A stretch of DNA of 32,000 nucleotides from Erysipelotrichaceae bacterium (GTDB lineage: Bacteria > Bacillota_I > Bacilli_A > Erysipelotrichales > Erysipelotrichaceae), in NCBI GenBank assembly GCA_963663995.1, contig OY760660.1:600001-632000 (forward strand), in the 5' to 3' direction. Shown piece after piece: positions 25,723 to 32,000 of the stretch; position 1 is the stretch's first letter; each line of letters begins with the position of its first letter. The position numbers and the translations under genes were made by a program. The notes under the pieces were generated by a model. The model did no database searches and was not told the origin of the DNA. It worked only from the letters and a program-made list of their open reading frames with translations.

Positions 25723-26399
25723 TTGAAGAATTTCCTTTTTAAAAGATCATAATGCATAAAAATAATATACGCCGATAAATATAGACTTAACATGATGAAT
25801 ATATTAAAAACCATGTCATAAAAGAAATTGAGTTGATACATAACAATCATACGATCCGTCGCTGGGTTAAGTAACCATAAGTCATTGGTAAAGAAAACTT
25901 TATGAAAACTTGTCCAAAAGGAGTTGAAATCAATCAGTGCATAAAATGCAATCGCCGCTAACAATGTACCAATCACAACGAACGCATCATATAAACCTTG
26001 TCGATACATCTTTAATTTTTCTTTAGGATAAATAAAACTTGAAAGGACAAATAAAACTACAAAAGCCATTAAGCTTAGATTACGTGCATAAACACTATTC
26101 AGATATAAGACCTTTACATCAATCATGTGATCTTTTTCTTTTTGATTAAAGAAAGATTCACTTTGACCATCTACAACGATCTCATAATCCATATTATCAA
26201 CACTATCTTGAACATAGGCTAATAACTTAAAGTTTGCATTATAGAGATCAGTTTCACTGACATTTAATGTTTGTGCTGTATTGTTTTCAGTAAATTTCTC
26301 TACAAAAAAGTCAGCATTAAAAATAACCGTATGAATTGATACTAAAATAATCGCAATGAGTCCAAAGAAGGAAATTAAAAAAGATATAAATCGTTTCAT
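25719..26399 (-). CDS. Integral membrane protein, TIGR01906/DUF1461-like (Lit-like)
   Basis: 226 aa. The topology is one N-terminal TM, an ~80-aa loop, then three TM segments. The motif FHKVFFTNDLWLLNPATDRMIVMYQLNFFYD matches the DUF1461 signature as I remember it. ATGA overlaps on both sides (rdgB and traX). Confidence 0.5.
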   Translation of the reverse strand: MKRFISFLISFFGLIAIILVSIHTVIFNADFFVEKFTENNTAQTLNVSETDLYNANFKLLAYVQDSVDNMDYEIVVDGQSESFFNQKEKDHMIDVKVLYLNSVYARNLSLMAFVVLFVLSSFIYPKEKLKMYRQGLYDAFVVIGTLLAAIAFYALIDFNSFWTSFHKVFFTNDLWLLNPATDRMIVMYQLNFFYDMVFNIFIMLSLYLSAYIIFMHYDLLKRKFFK

Positions 26400-26986
26400 A
26401 AATTAAGCCCTTTTAAATACTGTATCGCCTGTTTAAGTGCTGCTTGACGATGTGATATTTGATTACGCTCATTTAAACTGAGTTCAGAATAATGACGTGT
26501 ATCATTTTCAGGGATAAAGATCGGATCATATCCAAAACCACCAGTTCCCTTTTCTGCGTAAGCAATACTTCCTTTAAGTTCACCACAAAAAGTTTTATGT
26601 TCACTGTGATTTATGACGACAGATACTGCACAGACATAGCGAGCACTACGATCTTTTTTATCTTCTAATCGTCTAATAAGTTCATTGTTTTTGATGGTAT
26701 AAGGGGTATCGTAACCCATATAACGAGCAGAATAGATGCCAGGCTCATTATTAAGTGCGCTAACTTCTAAACCTGAATCATCTGCAATGCAAATTAATCC
26801 ACTTAAATCGGCACCCCATTGTGCCTTCAATAAAGCATTTTCTTCAAAACTTGAGCCGACTTCTTCGATGTCTTCACTAATACCAGCTTCATCCATTGAA
26901 ATCACTTCAACATCAAAGTGTTCACCAAAAAGAGCTTTCATTTCAATAACCTTATTGGGATTATGGGTGGCTAATAATATTTTCAT
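26396..26986 (-). CDS. rdgB: Non-canonical purine NTP pyrophosphatase (RdgB/HAM1 ITPase)
   Basis: 196 aa with ILLATHNPNKVIE, DDSGLEV, PGIYSARY and GFGYDPIF. Confidence 0.92.
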   Translation of the reverse strand: MKILLATHNPNKVIEMKALFGEHFDVEVISMDEAGISEDIEEVGSSFEENALLKAQWGADLSGLICIADDSGLEVSALNNEPGIYSARYMGYDTPYTIKNNELIRRLEDKKDRSARYVCAVSVVINHSEHKTFCGELKGSIAYAEKGTGGFGYDPIFIPENDTRHYSELSLNERNQISHRQAALKQAIQYLKGLNL

Positions 26987-28571
26987 ACTTGATTCCTGTT
27001 TCTTTTATATGCATCGCTTCTAAATCTTTATAAACAATAAATTCAATTTCTTGTTTAGGATTGATAAGTATCACTGGTATCAGTCTATCATAGGCTCTGT
27101 ATTGCTCTCTATACGCCTTAATGATTTCTTTGGTATCTTTTATCGCTAATTCACATAAACGCTGTGGTCGCATTTTATGGCTTAAATAATACGAACATTC
27201 AATTTCATAGGTCGCATCAACAATGATATCTTTTAAACAATCCACCATCGCTAAATAAAAATCTTTAATTGAATATGGCTTATTGAGTAAACTGATTGCT
27301 TTTCCAATCCTGAGATACGTATCAAATGCATCGCTATAGTGTTGTTCAAAGTGTTTGTTTAATAGATTGCTTAAGCGTCCTGAATTGTAGGCTTTTTCGA
27401 TGCCTAATGCAGCTAATTCTACTTCTTTGATATCCGCTTGATCGACCCATTTATTTTCAATGATTTGATAAGGGGCTTCTTTTTCAAAGACGTATTGATA
27501 AGACTCAATGTCTTGGTATAACATTGTACCTTTTAATAACTTTAAAATGCCTAATTGAATCTCTAAAGGTTTAAGTTGAACCATCTGTGCTAAGGAATCT
27601 TTTAAACCATCTAAATCTTCATAAGGTAAACCCGCAATTAAGTCCGTATGTTGGTGAGCGCCTATTTGACTAAATTCTTGTATGGTATGTTTTAATTTTT
27701 CAATGCTTGATGTGCGTCCTACCGCATTCAATACTTTTGGATGAAAACTTTGGACACCGATTTCCATTCTAAATCGATGATGATGTTTAATAATAAATTC
27801 CTTTAAATCATCACTAATTTGATCACCGACAAGTTCTATATGAAAGGTGGTTGGTTCAATCACTTCAATAAAAGCTTTAGCAAGCGTTAATGATCGCTCT
27901 GGATGCAAATTAAAAGTTCGATCTAAAAACTTTACTTGCTTTACGGGATGTTTATTTAATTGCTTAAAGGTCTTTAATAAATAATCTAAAGAGAATTCTC
28001 TAACTTTACGATCTAAACTAGCTAAACAATAGGTACATCCATAGGGACAACCACGTGAAGTTTCCATATAGAGATATTGATTTAGACGATCCTTTTCATC
28101 AAAATCTAAAAAATAAGGACTCTTATATTTCTCTAGTTCTTTTAAATCAACCCGTAGTATCTCCGCTTTATCTAAACTGTTTTTTAGAAATCCTTTTTCA
28201 GATTTATGTTGGATAACATCCCAAAAACTAAATTCAGCTTCTCCTCTAAAGACACCATCAACTCCAGCCTCAAAAAATGCATTTGGATTATAGGTCGCTT
28301 CAGGACCACCCACATAGATAATGAGTTTTGGATTAGCCCTCTTTAAAATTTTAATGAGTTCAATGCTTTCATGAATATTAAAAATAAAGGTACTTAAACC
28401 AATCACATCTGCTTGATAAGCTAAAAGTTCATCAGCACATTTCTTGATTGCTTTAGTGGTACCCTCAATAATTTTTGCGTCAATATCGTTTGGTTTAGTC
28501 ACATAGAGCCAACGTAGCGCTAGATTCTTATGGACAAAACTGACATTAAGACTTGTTAAAGCAACTTTCAT
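26961..28571 (-). CDS. B12-binding-domain radical SAM protein (DUF4080-type C-terminus)
   Basis: N-terminal Rossmann-like cobalamin-domain pattern, radical SAM cluster SRGCPYGCTYC, and a long helical C-terminal domain. I favour the start at MKVALTSLN (ATG rc 28569-28571). The track's TTG at 28592 is less likely. Confidence 0.8.
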   Translation of the reverse strand: MKVALTSLNVSFVHKNLALRWLYVTKPNDIDAKIIEGTTKAIKKCADELLAYQADVIGLSTFIFNIHESIELIKILKRANPKLIIYVGGPEATYNPNAFFEAGVDGVFRGEAEFSFWDVIQHKSEKGFLKNSLDKAEILRVDLKELEKYKSPYFLDFDEKDRLNQYLYMETSRGCPYGCTYCLASLDRKVREFSLDYLLKTFKQLNKHPVKQVKFLDRTFNLHPERSLTLAKAFIEVIEPTTFHIELVGDQISDDLKEFIIKHHHRFRMEIGVQSFHPKVLNAVGRTSSIEKLKHTIQEFSQIGAHQHTDLIAGLPYEDLDGLKDSLAQMVQLKPLEIQLGILKLLKGTMLYQDIESYQYVFEKEAPYQIIENKWVDQADIKEVELAALGIEKAYNSGRLSNLLNKHFEQHYSDAFDTYLRIGKAISLLNKPYSIKDFYLAMVDCLKDIIVDATYEIECSYYLSHKMRPQRLCELAIKDTKEIIKAYREQYRAYDRLIPVILINPKQEIEFIVYKDLEAMHIKETGIKYENIISHP

Positions 28572-28578
28572 GAATACC

Positions 28579-28587
28579 ATTTTACCA
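28579..28587 (-). promoter_or_regulatory. Extended -10 TGGTAAAAT, 7 nt before the radical SAM ATG (leaderless candidate)
   Basis: The minus strand reads TGGTAAAAT-GGTATTC-ATG, with no SD. Confidence 0.5.
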
Positions 28588-28596
28588 TGCAAATCA

Positions 28597-28605
28597 TGTT
28601 AAAAT
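28597..28605 (+). promoter_or_regulatory. Extended -10 TGTTAAAAT, 6 nt before the kinase ATG (leaderless candidate)
   Basis: TGTTAAAAT-AAGCAC-ATG. The A of the ATG is the 7th nt after the box, and there is no SD. Confidence 0.55.
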
Positions 28606-28611
28606 AAGCAC

Positions 28612-29439
28612 ATGAAAAGATCGATAAGATACTTTGTCGAAAAGACTTTAAAACAGGAAATTATTAGCTTAGAACAAACCGATAAAGGTTTAACTAATCA
28701 CAACTTCTACTTGAAGACAAATCAGGGAGAATTTATCATCAGATGGCCACACCAAGATGCAGCACACGTCGTCAATCGAAGTCACGAATCCAAAGCAATG
28801 AAACTCGTTAAAGATCTCGATACCGAAATTGTTTACTTTGATGAAAAAACAGGCATTAAAGTAAGTCGATATATTGAAGACTTAAAAACATTCAATGAAT
28901 ATCAAGGAAAAGATAAAATTAAACGTACAGCTTTACTGATGAAATCACTCCATCAAAGAAAAGTCTGTATTAATGAAGATTTTAATCCCATCAAACGTTA
29001 TGAAGATTATGCTAAACGCGTCAAAGTACCAATGGTTGATCACTCAACAGCTGAAGGAATTATCGAGGGTATTGCCCATTTAAATCGTGAAAAAACTTTA
29101 TGTCATAATGACTGGGTTGAAGGAAATATCTGTTTTAGTAAAGAAAGAGATTATTTAATTGATTATGAATATGCCGGTGATAATGACCCCTTTTTTGATG
29201 TAACCTCATTTTTAACTGAGAATCATTTAAGTAAAAAAGAAAAATGGGATTTTGTTAAAGCCTATTTTGGCCACCAACCCAACACTGAAGAAATTGATAT
29301 CTTAGAGCGTTATGCACGTTTTCATAATCTATTATGGTGTGCCTGGGGCATGATGATGTTTGAATCACGTCAAGAAGCTATTTATAAGAATATTGCTTAC
29401 GAAAAATGGGAAGCATTACATCATAGTGTATTATCTTAA
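28612..29439 (+). CDS. Choline/ethanolamine-kinase-like phosphotransferase (APH fold, LicA-like)
   Basis: 275 aa. GLTNHNF N-terminal loop, Brenner motif HNDWVEGNI and IDYEYAGDNDPFFD. Substrate not inferable. Confidence 0.7.
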   Translation: MKRSIRYFVEKTLKQEIISLEQTDKGLTNHNFYLKTNQGEFIIRWPHQDAAHVVNRSHESKAMKLVKDLDTEIVYFDEKTGIKVSRYIEDLKTFNEYQGKDKIKRTALLMKSLHQRKVCINEDFNPIKRYEDYAKRVKVPMVDHSTAEGIIEGIAHLNREKTLCHNDWVEGNICFSKERDYLIDYEYAGDNDPFFDVTSFLTENHLSKKEKWDFVKAYFGHQPNTEEIDILERYARFHNLLWCAWGMMMFESRQEAIYKNIAYEKWEALHHSVLS

Positions 29440-29457
29440 CTAATATATTTAGTATAG

Positions 29458-29465
29458 TGTATAAT
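29458..29465 (+). promoter_or_regulatory. -10 box (TG-TATAAT), 7 nt before the GntR-1 ATG (leaderless candidate)
   Basis: TGTATAAT-CTAATGT-ATG, with no SD. Confidence 0.5.
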
Positions 29466-29472
29466 CTAATGT

Positions 29473-30198
29473 ATGGATTATATACACATTAATAAACAAA
29501 TCCGAACACCCATCTATCGACAAATCGTCGATAGTATTTTAGATGCCGTAACTGACCATAAACTTAAACATAATGATCATTTACCCACTGAGGAAGAAAT
29601 GTGCGCAACCTTTGGAATTTCCAATATTGTCGTGAAACAAGCTTATAAGGAACTTGTTGATGAAGGTGTGGTCAAAAGAATACGTGGTAAAGGAACTTAT
29701 ATCCATACCATTGAAGCTGAAAAAATCCATTTAAAGGATTTCAATCAGTTCGAAGAAATCTTTTTAAATCGTGGTGTTATTAAAAAAAGAATCTTAATTG
29801 AAGAAGCAGAATTAGGTCCAAGAGAATTAACTTTTATTAAAAACTTAGACCAAAAATATGTGCATCTTGTTTTTGTTGCCTTGTTGGATGATATTCCTGT
29901 TTATGCCCTAAGTGTGGTTGTTAAAGAAAGCTTTTCACGATATTTCATCGAAACGGATGAAGAGAAATTTAATACCCAAAAATGGTTACGAGAAAATAAG
30001 GATGTGCGTGTTCGCTATGAGTTCATGGTCGATGGATTAGTCCAAAACAATGCACGACTTTTAAACATGAACATTGGTGATGCAGCGCATCATATCCATT
30101 GTACATATAGTTTAGATGGTGAACCTTTTGCGATAATGTGCAACTTTGTTCCCAATGAATTTTTACATTTTGAATTTACCTTAGGACAAAAATCATGA
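29473..30198 (+). CDS. GntR-family regulator, HutC/UTRA-like (copy 1)
   Basis: wHTH LPTEEEMCATFGISNIVVKQAYKELVDEGVVKRIRGKGTYI, then a ~160-aa C-terminal domain of UTRA-like length. Confidence 0.8.
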   Translation: MDYIHINKQIRTPIYRQIVDSILDAVTDHKLKHNDHLPTEEEMCATFGISNIVVKQAYKELVDEGVVKRIRGKGTYIHTIEAEKIHLKDFNQFEEIFLNRGVIKKRILIEEAELGPRELTFIKNLDQKYVHLVFVALLDDIPVYALSVVVKESFSRYFIETDEEKFNTQKWLRENKDVRVRYEFMVDGLVQNNARLLNMNIGDAAHHIHCTYSLDGEPFAIMCNFVPNEFLHFEFTLGQKS

Positions 30199-30905
30199 AT
30201 ATAAATTTAGATCGACGCTCAAAAGTCAGTGTTTCCACTCAAATTGAAATCGCCATAAGAAAAATGATCTATAATCATAGTTTTTCAAATGGCGAAACAC
30301 TTCCATCAATTGAAGATTTTGCGAAAGAATTGGCTGTCAACGAAAAAGATATCTTAAATGCTTATCGTAAACTTAAGGCTGAGCGCATAATCAAACAAGA
30401 AGGTGAAGATTACATCGTTCAAAAAAGCTTTGTCCCTACCTATATGTTTGATCAAGTGATTTCTTTATTTGATTTAATTAAGGAAATTAACTTAGAACCT
30501 AGTATTGAAACGATTTCCGTTGAAATCATCACAACTCCAAAATCACTTCAAGATTATGTATTGGATAATAAAGTTATCCGAACTAAACGTTTGTATAAAG
30601 GTAATAATCGTCCCCTATTCTATTTAGACATTTATCTTAATAGCAAATTTGAATCCATTATTGATAGTTTAAAAAACAATGAACCTTATTATGATCAACT
30701 CTATAAATTGACTAAACTTGATCATTCTACACGAACCTATGAAGCCATGAATGCTTCAAAAGATATTGCTGGAAAGTTAAACATTCCCGACAATTCACCG
30801 ATTGTTTACTCAAAAATCATGAGTTATGACTTTGATAATCATTGGTTTGAAATCATTGAATCTTATAACCTAGTTGAAGTACAACACTTTGTCTATGAAT
30901 CATAA
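30195..30905 (+). CDS. GntR-family regulator, HutC/UTRA-like, divergent (copy 2)
   Basis: wHTH LPSIEDFAKELAVNEKDILNAYRKLKAERIIKQEGEDYIV, where the usual GxGxF turn is degenerate. The C-terminal domain is of UTRA-like size. ATGA overlap with copy 1. Confidence 0.65.
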   Translation: MNINLDRRSKVSVSTQIEIAIRKMIYNHSFSNGETLPSIEDFAKELAVNEKDILNAYRKLKAERIIKQEGEDYIVQKSFVPTYMFDQVISLFDLIKEINLEPSIETISVEIITTPKSLQDYVLDNKVIRTKRLYKGNNRPLFYLDIYLNSKFESIIDSLKNNEPYYDQLYKLTKLDHSTRTYEAMNASKDIAGKLNIPDNSPIVYSKIMSYDFDNHWFEIIESYNLVEVQHFVYES

Positions 30906-30930
30906 AACAGGAACGCTTCCTGTTTTTTTA
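30905..30930 (+). terminator. Rho-independent terminator after GntR-2
   Basis: AAACAGGAA-CGC-TTCCTGTTT followed by a T-run. Confidence 0.85.
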
Positions 30931-30989
30931 TTCGATTATTTAAATTACATAAAAAGACAAAAATACTATCAAATCATAAATCCAATTAA

Positions 30990-31021
30990 ACATAAGAAAA
31001 GGTCCATTTGAGTGGACCTTT
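30990..31021 (-). terminator. Rho-independent terminator of the infC-rpmI-rplT operon
   Basis: The minus strand reads AAAGGTCCA-CTCAAA-TGGACCTTT followed by TCTTATG. Confidence 0.8.
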
Positions 31022-31027
31022 AATGAA

Positions 31028-31396
31028 TTATTTAGCTGCTTTCGCTAAAGCTTTTTTAGCGGATGTTACAACTGAAGCAAAACCTTTTTCGTCATGGATA
31101 GCCATTTCTGATAACATTTTACGGTTAACATTAATGTTTGCTAATTTCATACCGTGCATTAATTGTGAATAACTGATTTCGTTCATACGAGCTGCAGCGT
31201 TAATACGTGCAATCCATAGACGTCTCATGTCGCGTTTTACTTGGCGACGATCACGATAAGCATAAGCAAGTGACTTCATCACTTGTTCATGAGCCGTACG
31301 ATATAATAAGTGTTTAGAACCAAAATAACCTTTGGCTAATTTTAGTACCTTTTTGCGACGAGCGCGGGTTGTAAATGAATTTTTAACTCTTGGCAT
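31028..31396 (-). CDS. rplT: 50S ribosomal protein L20
   Basis: [26 protein letters not shown]...YAYRDRRQ. Confidence 0.98.
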   Translation of the reverse strand: MPRVKNSFTTRARRKKVLKLAKGYFGSKHLLYRTAHEQVMKSLAYAYRDRRQVKRDMRRLWIARINAAARMNEISYSQLMHGMKLANINVNRKMLSEMAIHDEKGFASVVTSAKKALAKAAK

Positions 31397-31408
31397 TGTT
31401 AAGACCTC

Positions 31409-31603
31409 CTAATTATGAAGCATCAATTTGATGCGTTTGTAATCACTGGCACTTACCAATGTAGATTTACGTAGGTTACGTTTTTGTTTGTGGCTCTTGT
31501 TGGCCGCAAAGTGGGATACATAAGCATGACCGCGTTTTAATTTACCACTACCGGTTTTTTTAACACGTTTAGCCAATGCTTTTTTAGTTTTCATTTTAGG
31601 CAT
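31409..31603 (-). CDS. rpmI: 50S ribosomal protein L35
   Basis: [24 protein letters not shown]. Confidence 0.97.
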   Translation of the reverse strand: MPKMKTKKALAKRVKKTGSGKLKRGHAYVSHFAANKSHKQKRNLRKSTLVSASDYKRIKLMLHN

Positions 31604-31616
31604 ATTCGCTCTCCTC

Positions 31617-32000
31617 TTATTTTTTCTTTAAAGGGGTCAAAACCAAAGACATGGTACGACCTTCCATGACGGGCGCTTTATCTTCACTCGCAATATCTTT
31701 AACGGCTGTGACAAAATCATTCATGACTTTTTTACCAACTTCAATGCGGGTCATCATACGACCTTTAAAGCGCATATCTAGTTTAACTTTATTTCCTTCT
31801 TCTAAGAATTCACGAGCTTTCTTTAACTTGACTTCGAAGTCATGTTTATCGATAACTGGTGATAAACGAAGTGGTTTAAGTTCTTGTTGGTGTTGATGTT
31901 TTTTAGCTTCTTTTGCTTTCTTTTGATTTTCGAACTTAAAGCGTCCATAATCCAAAATCTTGCAGACTGGTGGGTTTCCTTGTGGGGCTACACAGAAGAG
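31617..32000 (-). CDS. infC: Translation initiation factor IF-3 (5' end beyond window edge)
   Basis: The frame stays open to base 32000 ([28 protein letters not shown]). The track's M at 31955 is an internal TTG, not the start. Confidence 0.95.
   Translation of the reverse strand, partial: LFCVAPQGNPPVCKILDYGRFKFENQKKAKEAKKHQHQQELKPLRLSPVIDKHDFEVKLKKAREFLEEGNKVKLDMRFKGRMMTRIEVGKKVMNDFVTAVKDIASEDKAPVMEGRTMSLVLTPLKKK

Noticed and set aside
25011-27023. Plus-strand ORFs 25011..25214 and 26736..27023, plus 22399..22587 (+) and 31651..31896 (+)
   Set aside because: All are antisense inside traX/trmL, rdgB, the YitT gene and infC respectively, with no independent support.
1-32000. Search for CRISPR arrays, IS elements, transposases, integrases, prophage genes, tRNA/rRNA genes and toxin-antitoxin pairs
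   Set aside because: I saw no regularly spaced direct repeats, terminal inverted repeats, recombinase motifs or cloverleaf-capable intergenic segments. Intergenic regions are short and are explained by promoters, leaders and terminators.

Overview
This is an AT-rich chromosomal window (roughly one-third G+C by eye) from a low-GC Gram-positive-type bacterium. Supporting signs are T-box and S-box leaders, pervasive TGnTATAAT extended -10 boxes, and Bacillus-like synteny (alaS-ireB-ruvX-DUF1292-mltG-udk-greA and mnmA..recD2). TGA is used as a stop codon (comEA, recD2, GntR-1), so this is not a UGA=Trp mollicute. About 45 protein genes lie in five strand blocks.

Gene content by block:
- 1-10641 (-): comEC (partial), comEA, greA, udk, mltG, DUF1292, ruvX, an IreB-like gene, alaS, trpS and an APC permease. 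alaS and trpS each have a T-box leader.
- 10759-20807 (+): spx-like, mnmA, CPBP protease, recD2, a DUF1648 membrane protein, ABC ATPase, a large permease, nfeD, an SPFH gene, two tandem PTS EIIB genes and an orphan lipoprotein.
- 21077-28571 (-): metK behind a SAM-I-like riboswitch, a YitT-family gene, then a tightly packed run of B12-type radical SAM, rdgB, DUF1461/Lit-like, traX, trmL, a membrane protein, a small TM peptide and ridA.
- 28612-30905 (+): LicA-like kinase and two coupled GntR/UTRA-like regulators.
- 31028-32000 (-): rplT, rpmI and infC (partial).

I saw no rRNA, tRNA, CRISPR array, transposase, integrase or phage gene. The window is mostly housekeeping and I cannot point to a clear-cut new system.

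Observations I think deserve a second look:
1. At least six genes have a -10 box 5-7 nt upstream of the ATG and no Shine-Dalgarno, suggesting leaderless mRNAs. One case is a back-to-back divergent pair in a 40-bp spacer.
2. A TraX acyltransferase gene is translationally coupled to a DUF1461/Lit-like gene, a candidate lipoprotein N-terminal modification pair.
3. Cys-rich C-terminal extensions occur on both RidA and the Spx-like protein.
4. The DUF1648-ABC-NfeD-SPFH membrane cluster.
5. The orphan tandem PTS EIIB genes.
6. The radical SAM / kinase / double-GntR locus.

All functional calls rest on motif recognition by eye and need HMM or BLAST confirmation.
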